Part shown: in pieces, positions 24,101 through 36,780 of the stretch
How positions within the stretch are numbered: position 1 is the first letter of the stretch
How the letters are laid out: each line of letters opens with the position of its first letter
NCBI GenBank assembly: GCA_046563655.1
Contig: CM102290.1
Span: forward strand, 5,394,001 to 5,458,000
Direction of reading: 5' to 3'
Length of the DNA: 64,000 nucleotides
Origin: Yuukianura sp. NJ FZ-2021
Taxonomy: Eukaryota
Notes under the pieces: generated by a model
Seen by the model: the letters and a program-made list of their open reading frames with translations, nothing else
What the model was told of the DNA's origin: nothing
The model's database searches: none
Made by a program: the position numbers and the translations under genes

Positions 24101-24178
24101 AGTGATGACGAGACAGACATACCGGAAATCTTGGCGGAAGATACTGTTTATCATGAAGACACTGAAGATACTGTTTGA
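21139..24178 (+). CDS. Long coiled-coil protein with a MAD1-like C-terminal domain (divergent MAD1 paralogue), ~9 exons
   Basis: Heptad-rich exons followed by KEFQKICTELLGYYI...ETFTFE...DTPFVEQFQKDIDEFLRRE, resembling MAD1 EFRKACYTLTGYQI...ETEFSHTVGELIEVHLRRQ. Splice phases are consistent. Confidence 0.7.
22365..22720 (+). repeat. 222-bp tandem exon+intron duplication in the MAD1-like gene
   Basis: AAACGTGACAACTCCAATTTG...GTAAG...CAATTCAATTTTTCGAAACCAAT...TTTTAGAA occurs twice, 222 bp apart. Confidence 0.9.
23964..24176 (+). repeat. ~96-bp coding duplication giving an acidic tail (AKVFVDKAYDTDESDDETDI..PEILAEDTV x2)
   Basis: Near-identical direct copies. Confidence 0.9.
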
Positions 24179-24325
24179 GCTTGGGGTGGTTCAGTCAGTG
24201 GTGAGGTGGGGAGGAGTCGCCAATCATTTCTTCCAAACCTTCATCCGTATTGACGCAAAGCAGTGGATTTTCAGAGGCTCGAAGGCATCGGATCGGAATC
24301 GGACTCTGTCAAAGATTATTTTTTG

Positions 24326-24694
24326 TTCAAAATTTTTATGAAATGCGACATTTCATACTTTAATAACTTTGAATTCGACTCAAAACGGATTTGAGACTTT
24401 TTTGAAACAAAAACCCCGTCAAAAACATAAACAAATTTTTTGACTTTACCGAAGAAGCGGTTGGGGTAAACCAAAATTCCATCTGTTGTGACCATACCAT
24501 GTATGTAACTCCCGGCGCCATGTTTTCATTCGCCCAATGGTTAAAATCCTTGGTTACCCCAGGTTGGGTATTTCTAAAGTCAAAAGCAGCTGTGGCAGTG
24601 ACAGGGTGGTTACAAATAGTGGCAGTAGTTAGTTACACTGTGTGGTCACAACTGGTGAGACTTATTTTTACTGTAACCGAAAAAGCACATGTTT
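24326..24694. repeat. Direct repeat copy 2 (upstream of WDR46), interrupted by ~0.2 kb of extra sequence
   Basis: Matches 20651-20750 and 20782-20799. Confidence 0.7.
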
Positions 24695-24777
24695 ACTTTT
24701 TCATTTTATCAGCTATCTCGTTGGAGTTAATTAGTACTTAGATTCTCCAATTAATTGGTTCGATTAATTAGTGTAAA

Positions 24778-27120
24778 ATGGGGAAAGCTCAACGCTATTT
24801 TGACACCGTGAAATCAGACGAAGCCGAAGACCGTGCCAAACTTGACAAGGGTAAACCACGTACAACTGTAGGAAAGAGCAAGGATGGACAAGAAGTCATC
24901 ACAGTCGTTGCAAAAACGAAATCCAAAAAACAATGGTTGACGAGGAAGGAGAAGCGTACTGCTACTGGATCTACTCCGAAGAAAAAGAAGACCAAGATGG
25001 TGGCCATACCTAAACCTTCGAAACAACAATTACAAAAGTACTCCCGTGGTGCTGGACTAGACAAAGACAAGATCTCGGAAGACCAAATTCGCACTGGAGT
25101 CCGGCGAACCCAAATCCTGAAGCGAGATACAAAAATCCAGGCTGGGATAGAACAGGCCGCTGGAGCTGAAATTCTGTTGCTGGAATCTCATGGGTTTGTC
25201 GTTATCTTTTGTAGTCACTTTTTAGTCCAATCCTTCAATCAGTTAAGTTTAATTGGTTTGTTTTGTACAGTGGGATTGACGTGGACGAGGGAGAGTCATC
25301 GCTGAGTCTGAACCAGAGTGACATTGTGAAGCATGTGGATGTTGCCGCAGCTACCAAAAGTTTTCACCTTACGTTGGACCAATTCGCTCCGTACCAAGTA
25401 GATTACACGTTGAACGGGAGACATTTGGCTCTTGGAGGAAGGAAAGGACATGTAGCTGCTTTTGATTGGATCACCAAGAAACTTCTGTGCGAATTCAATG
25501 TCATGGAAAGTGTCCATGATGTCAAGTAAGTCACAAATCACAGTCACTACAATGTACTATCTATCGAAACGTCGAAAATTCGTCGTTGAAACGTTTGTCT
25601 TTTTCAGATGGCTTCACAATGAAACGTTGTTTGCAGTGGCTCAGAAGCAGTGGACCTATGTTTATGACAATCAAGGTATAGAAGTTCACTGTTTGAAGAA
25701 AATGGACAGAGTGATGAAGTTGGAGTTCTTACCATATCATTTTCTTCTGGTCGGTGGACATGAATCAGGTAACTTTACAGATTCGGAAGAAATGATTTTG
25801 AAACGTTTGGACACTAAAATTAGAATTTACGTTGTCTTTCCACAGGTTTCCTCAGTTGGGTTGACGTCTCTATGGGTAAAGTTGTTGCTCAATTTGGAGC
25901 ACGACATGGTCCCCTGGGAGTGTTGACTTCGAATCCATCCAATGCAATTATTCACTGTGGACATTCTAACGGAACTGTCACACTTTGGTCACCTAATGTC
26001 AAAACTTCTCTTGCGTCAATCCTGTGTCACGGTGCAGCCGTATCAGCTGTCGCAGTGGACAACACCGGACGGTATTTTAAAAAAAAATCCAATTTCGACT
26101 CTTTTCTTCCAATTTTTTTTTTTTTTTCGAAATTTTCAATTTTTCAAGTTTGATTTTGGCCCACAGGATGATGGCAACTGGTGCGATGGATGGGAAACTT
26201 CGTATTTGGGATTTACGCAACTCATTCGCACCTCTCACTTCCGTTGCCTATGGAACTCCCACGGCCATTTCTTTCAGTCAAACTGGACTTCTAGCCTATT
26301 CCTGCTCAAATACGACCCGGGTAAACTTAAAAACTCAATTTTTTTTCAAAAAAAACTCTCAACATTTTCATAATTTGATTACTTTTGGCCGTTTTCAGGT
26401 TTATTCCGAAGTTGGACACAACAAAAAACCGTTTTTGAAGCACGTGAGTCATGGAAATGTGACGTCATCCAGGTTCTGTCCATTCGAAGATGTGTTGGGA
26501 CTTGGAACTGCCAGAGGATTTGACTCATGTCTTGTACCTGGTAAACTTTTTTTGAAAAAATAAGAATTCTTAAAAAAAAAAAGATTTTTTTCGTAAAAAA
26601 ATCCCGAATTTTTCAAATTAACTTTTGCAGGGGCCGGTGAGCCTAACTTTGACGCGTTGGAGAGAAATCCATTCCAGACGAAGAAACAAAGAAGAGAAGC
26701 TGAAGTGAAGGCGTTGTTAGAAAAAGTTCGTAAAACTTTCTACAAAATTCTGAAATTTTGAAATTGAAAAACCAAATCTCACCAAAATTTTATTTTTTTT
26801 CCTTCCAGATTCAGCCTGAACTGATAGCTCTGGATAACAAACTGCTCGGAGACGTTGACACGGAGTCTCTGCAGAAATCAGTGGAAGAAAAACCAAAGTA
26901 CATCAAAAAAGCAGAAATCGAGTTGACTCATCGTCGGAAACGGAAATCTGCCAAAATCCCTCAAGCCAAACAAAGTCTCCAGTCGGAACTAAACTTGCGC
27001 AGTGTGCGTGAACTCTCGCAGTATCACAAAATGAAGGACCATCATCCCACTACGACTAAGGAACCACAACTGGAGGTTGACGATCCCCTCAATCGCTTTG
27101 TCCGCAAAAGAAAGCAGTGA
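24778..27120 (+). CDS. WDR46: WD repeat-containing protein 46 (Utp7/BING4; SSU processome)
   Basis: [96 protein letters not shown]. Confidence 0.95.
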
Positions 27121-27696
27121 CTAGGACAGACACTGGAAACTTTTTATGTAAGTACTAATTAAGAAATTTTTATTATTATTACTATTATTTTAATTATTAT
27201 AAGTTCAATTAAGGTAGGAGATTTCAGATTATATTTCTTTTGTTTCCAATTTTCAATGAGAAATTGTGTCTTGACTGTGTTAATTTTTGACCTTTTGACC
27301 TCTAGACTAGGAGTTTAGCGGGAGTAAGTTGAAATTGGAAATTAGGGATAATCAATGTGAGCATGGCTGTTGCTGAGAGATTTGGAGGTTGAAGGGGGAT
27401 GTGGGTTTGTTATGACTTGGTTTTTGGTCTAACCATAACTAATGTGAGTATTAAAATTAGGGTGATTAAGATTTATCTGAATGTTTATGCATGTGGCCTT
27501 CGGTAGTCAATGAGCATAAGATCACTGGACCAACTTCCAAACGTCTTCTGCCTTGTGCCATGCACACAAGGCCTTCTCCTTCAGTTTCATCTTAACATCC
27601 ACCCTTTACTTAACTAGTAGTTAGGAGTTTAGTCAGAAGTGATCTAGTCAAGGTGTAGCATAATTCAAGGGAATCAGAGCAGGTCAAGGGTCAACA

Positions 27697-30600
27697 ATGT
27701 CTCCAACCCGGCACGAAGGGTCCTTTGTGGTGCGCTACATGGGTTCGTCCATGCTGGACAGCCGAATAGTCTACACCTACACGCACCAAATGGTCCCTTG
27801 GATCATCTCAGAAATACTCACATTCTCCGAAGATGAACAGGTAATTATAATCACTTTTCCATTTTTGAAGGGAACCTTTTTTGTACGTACTGCAAAGAAC
27901 TTTGTTTGCGGTAACCGCAAAGAACCTTTTTTGAAAGTACCGCAAATAACCTTTTTTGAAAGTACCGCAAATAACACTTTTTGCACGTACTGCAAAGAAT
28001 CTTTTTATATGTACTGCACGGAACCTTTTTATACGTACTGCAAGGAACCTTTTCATACGTAATCCAAAGAACCTTTTTTATAAGACCCTTTTTTATACGT
28101 AACTGCAAACAACGGTTTTACTGCAAACAACTTTTTTAGCACATAGTGCAAAGAACCTTTTTTATACGTACTGCAAAGAATCTTTTTGCTCGTACTGCAA
28201 AGAACCTTTTTTGCTCGTACTAGATGGAAGTTTTTTTTTTTTGTTCTTTTTATTAATTGTTGATTCGCAAATGGTGTTAATTGTCTCATTGTCTACAGAC
28301 GAACAATGAGAAAAAGTTTTATGGTCCACTAAATTATTGTGAGGGGAGTTATTTGGTGAGGAGAAATCACATTGACCATAATTTGAGCGATTGGAATCTT
28401 CGCTAGCTCCTCATTCATTTCAGTTTAATTGATTTGTGATTCCAAGATCTAGAAACGCTTTTGATTCCCACGCCCCTCTTAGGCTACCTAACAGCCTCTA
28501 TTTCCAATGAACTGTTTTTGATTTGATTCCAGGTCATTCTACAGATTCGGAACTCTGTCCTTTCTGTCCACTCTACCAAGCAGTTCCAGAACGTAAAGAT
28601 ACTGGACATTCCAGTGAGAGACTGTGTGAGACACTTCCAAGTGGGCACCATCACTGGCCAAGGTTCTCAACCCGGTCAAACGGCCTACTTCGGAGTCATC
28701 GCCAGATCTAGCGCCGCCTATCACCACGTTAGACTCTTCGCTGCCAAAGCAACTCAGGTAGCACTTCATTTTTTCCTTATTTTTAGCTTATGAATAGGCA
28801 TGTCAAAAATATTTAGTCTCCATGCCCGTAATGTTAACAAAAAATATTTCCGCGTTTTTCATTACGAAATATTTATTTATATTTATATGTTGTTTAGTCT
28901 CCATGCCCTTAATGTTAAATAAGTAAATATTAGGTCAGGGAGGCTAAATCGGGGAAAGCAGAGGGATACCCCGATAGAATAACGCTGTTTTTCTAGGAGA
29001 GACTGAAATATGCCATATAGCGCATGCTCAGCGTGGGCCTCACTATCCTAATCAATAGGTAGTGAGCCCCCTCTTATAAACATATATATATAAATATTTG
29101 GGCGATTGAAGAAAATATTTTGTGTCCAAATTTCATGGTTTTAGCACATATTTTTGACAACCCTGTTTATGAATAAGTCGAGATTGTACTGGGGTCAATG
29201 ACGATGCTGCAAAGTGGGCGGGGTCAAATACTTTGCTGGGAAGAGGGCGGGGGTCAATGACCTTTCATGTTAGACTCGACGGAGATTGACACGCTTGATG
29301 CGTCCATGTCAAAGTTTTGTGTTTTTGGCAAAGTTTTTAGTAAAAGTAGAAACTACACAGTTTGAGTTGGAGAGGACAAATGGAGATTCACGTGTTGTTT
29401 TTGCATCTCTTTTCTGTTTTCTCCGAAAAGTCCGAATGCGGGTAACTTATTTGTGCTTTTCCTTGGCGTATTCATCCAAGTTATTTTTAAGCATTTGCAC
29501 ACAGTCCTCTGTTCGGATTCTGCAAGCGTGCAGTCCAGAGTCGAAGGTTTTTCCAACCCAACCAGCATCCGTCACCCAGCATCGTGTCAGTCTCTCCTTG
29601 ACTGTTTCCCAACAAACATCTACAAAATAAGCAAAGTTGTTCTAAAAAGTAGGTTTTGGGTCAAAGGTCAAAGGTCAGGTCAAACCTCGCCATGATCACT
29701 GTCCCTGTGACCACTTTTTCGCCTTACCATAGAGATGAACCCTACCGCGTCCCCAGAGCGTCCACGCCAGGTCAAGAGTCACTCTCCTCGGGGGGTCGCT
29801 ACTCTCGACGGAGGTGGAAACAATCTAAAGCCAATTCGGTAAATTTCAAAAAATTTGATTCAAAATTTCATTCTTTGTCACTACTCAATTTTGGTTGGAA
29901 CGTTTTTAAAAAGAGAAACATTTTTTGAGCGTTTTGATTTAGAAAAGGCTGAAATCTCCGTTTTTCTGATTTTTTTAAAATTTTCAAAGCATGTCAAGTT
30001 TTTTTTTTCTTTCCCGTGTTTATGCAAATGCATGACCTTTGAGTTTTATTTGTCTTTTTTTTCTGCAGGTTGCAGAAATCAGCTCCACTTTTTCGGAAGC
30101 GTCGAAGTTAGCTGACACTGCTACTTCTGTAGGCATGAGTCCGGGAACAGTGGACAACAGTGATGCTATTTCGTTTGAGGTATCTCTCCAACCGGTTCCA
30201 GGTAATTTGGTCGGAATTGGATTGGTCGAAAACGCAGAGGTCGGCAAACCTAACCTACCCCTAGCATTAGAAAGATTAAGCAAACCTAACCTAAATCCCA
30301 TATACGCCTGCCGACCTCTGCCATTCCGACCAATTCACTTCCGACCAAATTACCTGCTACGCTCCAACCATAATTTTCGAAATCAATTACTCAATTAATC
30401 AATTAATTAACTGAATTAATTGAGTTGTTCATTTTTTGTAGGTGCTCTACATAGGTAAACTGCGCATGTACATTAGAAGAGCTCCGTCCACGTTTGTCGA
30501 TGAAGGGCTGGACAGGATTCGGGAGTTAATGCAAGCAACTGCTCACGAAAGCAGCAGCAGAGGACACAGCAGCTCAAGAGTAAAATCTAAAATCAAAATT

Positions 30601-33600
30601 TAAATTTAACTTAACGTATTCGTTTTCCATCATTATGGAGTGAAAAGTGCTAAAAAAAATTAATATCTCCCAGTATTTCCCACTACCCTGGGAAATATTA
30701 AAATTTAGTGGGAAATATTAAGATTTAGTGGGAAATATTCAGATTTAATGGGAAATATCGAACCCTGCTCCATATCGTGTAAAGTGAATTTTCATATTCT
30801 CGTTTTTTATGATTTTTTTAGGAGTCGAGTGACACTGGAAGCGTGGGACGCACTTTGAAAAAAATTGAGGAGCCAGATTCTTCTTCCGACAGAAAAGTTC
30901 GGAGTAATCCGACTTTGGTTTTACGAAAAGCGGAAAATGGGCGGGAAGATTTGATTATTCCGAAAACCGGGTTTTCACATCCACTGGAAGATGTGACCTA
31001 CTCAAGTAATAATCCAGAACGAACTAGAACTTCCAGTGGAGACAGTGCACTGGTCAAGAGTCTGTCACTGCCAGTGGAACCACCCAGGAACAGGGCTCTT
31101 TCTACTGGAAATGACCCACGTGACACACCCTCAACTCCGGTGGCCACTTCCGGTGGCAACGGAACGAGGACAGCCACCTCTGGTGGCAACAGAACCATGA
31201 TACTGATTCTGGTCAATGGAGAAGTGCGGATCATCAGTCCAGATGCCAAGACGACACTTTTGCACAAAAACGCTAAGAGTATTGTGCAATTGGGCAGAGG
31301 AAGGGAAAAAGACAATCTGGATTGTTTTGGATTCGTATGTAGAGAAGTATCGCCTGATGGACCTTGTTGTGTGGGATTCATCTTCAGATGCGAATCGGTC
31401 AAACTCTGCACTGACATTCTTCAAAGTATGGATTAATTAATATTTATTTAATTAATTAATTGATTTATTTATTTATTTATTTTAATAGCTTTGGGCCGAG
31501 TTGTGGCTCCAGACAAGAACGAAGTCTACTGTGATCATTGCCCGATGCTTTGGTTCCACCAAATCTGCGTCGATATTGAAGGTAAGCAATGGTATCACGC
31601 CATTGTTCCGAAAAAAATCTTCCGAAACCAATTGCTCCGAAAGGTACATTGTTCCTAAGACAAGGAGTGATATGCCATTCGGAGGAATTGGATTCGTCGC
31701 AATTCGTTTCGGAGGAATTCATTCGAACAATGGCGTACAACCTAAAGCAATCATGAATTTTTTTTCTTTGAATCTTGAGAATTTTTGGAATGATTTTTTT
31801 TAAAGAACTATTAATTTTTTTTTAATTTTGATTTTTTTTTAATTTTTAGGGCTAACTGATGAGCGAATCAAGACGGTGATTTTGAAGCGAATTGAGGAGC
31901 TGAGTGCTGAGGAAAGACTTAGTTTTTGGACAAAGTTCAAGGGCGCAGATACGCCTAACTTGGAAGCCCAGATTGAGCTGATGATGATGTTGATCCGAGC
32001 ACATTGCGAGACTAAACAGCTCAACCATGTCCATGACACTCCAGAAAATCGGTGAGTTACGCTTCCGGTACAGTTGAGTTTGAATAATTCAAACTTTGTT
32101 TTCCTCATGTGGTTCAAATATTTGCGGATGTGGTGGGTGAAGTGATTGTTTTGGCATAACCTGAAAGTTAATGTTAAATTTCCATAGTTAAGCTGGAATT
32201 GAGTGGAATCTCATGTTGGATCTCCCAATTGTGCAAAAGACTATAACAATAGACTAAAAAGGAGAGAGTGGCAGGTGAATTCCTCCCCCTGTGATGTCTC
32301 CCCTACTTCATCCTATCTTCATAACGTAAATCTCCCTCTGTGTCCAATTGCAGAACAATCTCATCCTTGTCAATCGGAACAGGTTAGGTTTAGCCTCAAA
32401 GTAGGTGGATTCTGCCACTCAGCAGTTCAGTTCCACCCGACTGTCAACTGGGTCAGCAGAATCTGTGTTTTAGTCTGACCTCATCAAAAGTCTGCACTTT
32501 TTGAGTGGGTCAGTGACCTCTGAGTGAATTTGTGACATTTTAGTTTAACGTAGGTGCTGGAATTAAGGTAGAGTTGAAAGTTAGAGTAGGTGCTACCATA
32601 AGGGGGAGAAGTGAGTGGGTTATTGTTCCGGGAGAAAGTGACGTCACTGGGTGATTGTTTGTTGATTGATTAGTCATGAGTTCCTCCAATCGTACCTGGG
32701 AGGAGGTGCCATTTTTATGAAGGCCAAGCGATCACTCACCAGCTCATTTGATCAGTTTCTCAAACGGAAGGAACTTAAGGGCTCCTCTGCTGGTCCAAGG
32801 TTCAACGCCATCCTGCCACAGCATGTCATTCGCCAGGGAAAGGTAACACCATAACATAAACATAACATAAAAACAACATAAACTTAAAGATGTAGCAAAA
32901 CTTCAAACAACTTGGCTCTTAAGTACCCCCTTCAGAGAACCCTTCAACCCCTCTCACCTCGGGGCATTAACAACTTAAAAAAAAAGTTGTAGAGTTGAAC
33001 AAAATTTAGAAGAAAAGGGACAGAATTTGAAGAATTTGTTCGTTTTGTTTTGGATTTTGAAAAGTGAAAGTTGAAATGCCGGGAATTGAGGTGAAGGTTT
33101 TCTCTTGGGAATTTGGCCTTGTTTCAACCTGTTGAATGTGTGAAATAATTTAGTGTTTGATAGGAAATGAGTCCTGACCAAGACAAGAAGTTGCATGACT
33201 CGGATATGACCTGCAGTGACTCTCCCTTGGACAGCAACTTTCGCAAAAGGTCATCCACTCTCGGCGCAGTCGCATCGGCCAAGCTCATCTCTGAACTCAA
33301 AAACTCCCGCCGTGGGTCACACGCCTCTCCTTTGTCCACAGTCGGTGACCAAGGGCCCACCCCCAACAGACTCGTCACCCCTACAGAACGAAACCCAAGT
33401 CCCATGATGAACATGTAAGAAGCTACCAAAAAATGGAAAAGTGGCCACATTTTTTGTTGGTTCCGCCTCTTTTCGACACAATTTGAGTGACAATTGAATT
33501 CAAAAAAAATTCAAGTTCAAATTTTGTAAATATGAGCCAAAAAAATTGAAGGTTGTTTGTGTATTTTTGTGTTGAGGGAATCGATATAGCACATTCAACG

Positions 33601-36321
33601 TTGGAACGAATCGATGCTGGTGAAGGACAATTTTTTAGTGTGGTGTTTGTGAAGCTCCTCATCACTATAATTACGCAAACCTCATTTCAAAAAAGCATCA
33701 CTTTTGTCACATTTTGTGAAATTGTCACAAAATTTCAGAAAAGGAAATACTGTCACTTCAAATTTGGTCAAAGTCGGCACTTTCGTTTGTGAAATCTTTG
33801 TGTTTGCAGAGAAAAGGAGAAGATTTTTAAAATTTTTGCATTTTTTTAGATTTATGAAAGTTGGGGCCCAGCAGTCTGGCATGACCCCAACTGGATCCGG
33901 AATGCCGCATCGCAAGGGATCCTGGCGACAAGCTATTTTCAAGCGTGTGGTGTCGCCGTCAACTGGTCGCGAGACGACGGTCGCCACGAATCCACAGACG
34001 GCGACCACCGTCTCCACTCCACTTTCTTCCCGAAAGGGCTCCTTCCGTCCAAAGAAAACCAAGCAACAAGTCCAAGATCTCTGGCGATCAGCAATCAAGC
34101 AGCAAATTCTCCTCAATCGAATGGACAGACAAAACAACATGCTCAAGAGTACGCTTAAACTTTTAACTCCAACTTTTCAACTTTTAACTCCAACTTTTAA
34201 CTTCAAGTTTTAACTTCCGCTTTTAACTTCCAGTTTTCAAATAGTTTTCAACTTCAACTTTTACCTTGAATTTTTCAAGTTTTAACTTCCTGCCTTTAAC
34301 GTTCTAACTTTCAACTTCAAGCTTTTAACATAGTGTGAAATTGGCCTTTTAACTTCAAGTTTGAGTAATTAAACTTTTTCATACTTTGTGTGAAATTGGC
34401 CAAGTAATTGTGAAAAAATGTATTTTTTTTAATTTTTAGCTCTTGAAGAAGAAGCGAGTGTGAAACGGAACAAACTTTCGTACAGTGAAATGTGCAGCAG
34501 CGGTGACACTGAAAACCGTGTAATCGATGTATTGATGAGCACAGCTGACAAAGGGCTCCTGTGCGACACTTCAGTCTTCCGAGCCATTTGTATCACAGGT
34601 TAGGTCAATCATGTCACAGTCAATTGTTACAGTTATGACTAAAATTGTTAACACTTTGACCTTGGTTGTTCTAGGAATTCCGAAGTACAGACGAGGTCAA
34701 GTGTGGCAAGTATTTCTGGAGCAGTTTTTACTGCGGGCGAAGGACGAGGCAGAAGCCAACTTTAGTCCCAATGGCACCAAAGTCCTCAACTGCAATCCGT
34801 CCCCCACCACTCCCTACGACCAACTACTCCGCACACTCACGTCTCACCAGCACGCCATTCTCATTGATCTAGGTACGTTTCAAAATTTGGCGCCATTTTT
34901 CAAATTTTTGGAAAATTTTGAAAAATTTTGACTGTTTTTTTTGTGGTTTGCAGGCAGAACTTTTCCGAATCATCCGTACTTTAGTCGCCCCTTAGGCGCA
35001 GGTCAACTGGCTCTTTTTAACCTGCTCAAGGCCTACTCTCTCTTGGATCCGGAAGTGGGCTACTGTCAAGGGCTCAGTTTTTTGGCAGGTCTTCTCCTCA
35101 TGCACGTAAGAAACCAAAAGTTGAAGTAAGGATTAACGCCCTTCATTGTAGCCACATGGCATCTTAGTGGCTACACCTGAGTGGCAACTTAAGTAGCCAC
35201 TTCAATCTTACCTGAAGTGACAACACAAGTTGCCGCACAGTGTAGCCACTAAAGATGGCCTGTGTGGCTACAACGACGGTCGTTAAACCTTACCCCAACC
35301 AAAAATTTTATAAAAGATGTGAGGTTTTTTTTTTTTGGAAAAACTGAGTTTTTAAAATTTATTTTTGCTTACAGTTGGAGGAGGAGGAGGCGTTTCGAGT
35401 TCTGAAGCACTTTATGTTTGAAATGGGCGGGAGAGAGTACTACCAGCCAGACATGTCCGGTCTCCAGCTCAAGCTCTACCAACTCAACCGACTCATCCAT
35501 GAAGAAGATGCAGATCTCCATCTTCTGCTCTATCACAACGACGTCCTCCCATCACTCTACGCAGCCCCCTGGTTCCTAACTATGTTTGCTTCTCAGTTTC
35601 CCATCGGATTCGCCGTTAGAGTCATGGGTACAAACACAAATACTTCGCCTTACTTCAACCAGAGTCTCATATTTTGTCCGTTCTGTGTAGATTTGGCCCT
35701 AGTCCAAGGTCCCGATGTCATGGTCAAGTTTGCTCTTCTCCTCATCCTGGACCACAAGCAGCAACTCATGGAGTGTTACGGCCTGGAACAAATCATGGAG
35801 TGCTTCAAAAATGTTGTTACCCAAATTACTCCTGCCAAAGTGGACGAATATGTCAAAAAGGCAAGTGAATTAACCTATGAAATACTTTGAATTAGTTCGG
35901 TAATTACAGTAATTACTAATTACTTTGTCTATTTCAATATTTTCAATAGGCTTTTGACATGAACATCAAGCGTCAGATGCTTGTGTATGGAATCGAGTAC
36001 AGTGTGATGAAAGATGAGACTTTCTTGGCCTACTTGTCAGACCCCAAGAACCAGTTGCCCAGGAGACACCAAAGTGTCAAGGGGTCCAACCACTTTGGAA
36101 ATGAGTCACCCACGCCCTCTGGCGGCTCTGACGAAGACACTTTTGAGTCCACCGACACTGTCCAGGCCCTTGCGTCCTACGCTGCTTCGCTCGAAGACAA
36201 GCTAAGGGCCCTTGGACACTGTCCAGTCCGTCCTCCGTCTCTTGTCAAAGTACTGGAGAGAAGTGGCCCAGTGACAGCCGTTCCCCTGGTGACAGAGTCC
36301 GGTGGAGACGGAAGTGACTAG
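27697..36321 (+). CDS. TBC1D1: TBC1D1/TBC1D4 (AS160, pollux-like) Rab-GAP: PTB domains plus TBC domain
   Basis: PTB-like exons ([31 protein letters not shown]), [31 protein letters not shown] and VGYCQGLSF (R and Q fingers), [16 protein letters not shown]. Confidence 0.92.
27870..28220. repeat. Intronic minisatellite, ~24-bp degenerate unit (AAAGAACCTTTTTTATACGTACTGC)
   Basis: More than 10 degenerate copies visible. Confidence 0.85.
28795..29165. mobile_element. hAT-like MITE in a TBC1D1 intron
   Basis: Imperfect TIRs TAGGCATGTCAAAAATAT / ATATTTTTGACAACCCTG; flanks CTTATGAA / TTTATGAA (7/8 TSD match). Confidence 0.6.
29692..29838 (+). CDS. Putative alternative first coding exon of TBC1D1
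   Basis: GCCATG start, 49 codons, TCG|gtaaat phase-0 donor compatible with the acceptor at 30069. Confidence 0.55.
30199..30356. mobile_element. MITE-like inverted-repeat element
   Basis: CAGGTAATTTGGTCGGAA...GCAGAGGTCGGCA / TGCCGACCTCTGC...TTCCGACCAAATTACCTG, with internal AACCTAACCT. Confidence 0.75.
31591..31742. mobile_element. MITE-like inverted-repeat element
   Basis: GGTATCACGCCATTGTTCCG / TCGAACAATGGCGTACAACC. No clear TSD. Confidence 0.6.
35130..35289. mobile_element. Palindromic MITE, possibly Tourist/PIF-Harbinger type
   Basis: Long imperfect inverted arms (GGATTAACG..TTGTAGCCACA..AGTGGCTACAC / TGTAGCCACT..TGTGGCTACAA..CGTTAAACC) flanked by TAA / TTA. Confidence 0.7.
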
Positions 36322-36335
36322 TCCAGTAGTACAGC

Positions 36336-36655
36336 AGTTTCTGAATTCTGGATGACTTTAGTCCAGTAGTTTCTGGATGCTGGATGACTTTAGTCCAGTA
36401 GTTTCTGGATGCTGGATGACTTTTGGCCAAAGCCTTTCATAAATTATACTTTGAAATTGTTACTATTATCTCCTTGACTTCCTAGCTGAATCTCCCGCCA
36501 CTTTTTTGCCCAAACTCCGATTCGGGAAATAAAGCCGCCAATTTCGTATATCATGAAACGTTTTCAGCCAGTCGTAAAACGTTTTCAGCCAATCATGAAA
36601 CGTTTTCAGCCAGTCGTAAAACGTTTTCAGCCAATCATGAAACGTTTTCAGCCAA
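36336..36655. repeat. Two short minisatellites (~32-bp and 21-bp units) between the convergent TBC1D1 and CNDP2 stops
   Basis: GGATGACTTTAGTCCAGTAGTTTCTGGATGCT repeats; AAACGTTTTCAGCCA x5. Confidence 0.85.
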
Positions 36656-36780
36656 TCAATTAATTTTTCAAGAAATGGAAGGAGTTTATTGGTCCGATTT
36701 TGGAATTTGAGGAAGATTCGTTTCAAGTTCGTTTTTTTTAAGTTGCCGCATTTGAAGAAAATTTTGAATTTGGTGGGATT

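Noticed and set aside
32354..32382. Possible cassette exon in a TBC1D1 intron
   Set aside because: 29 nt and frame-shifting, with no homology evidence.
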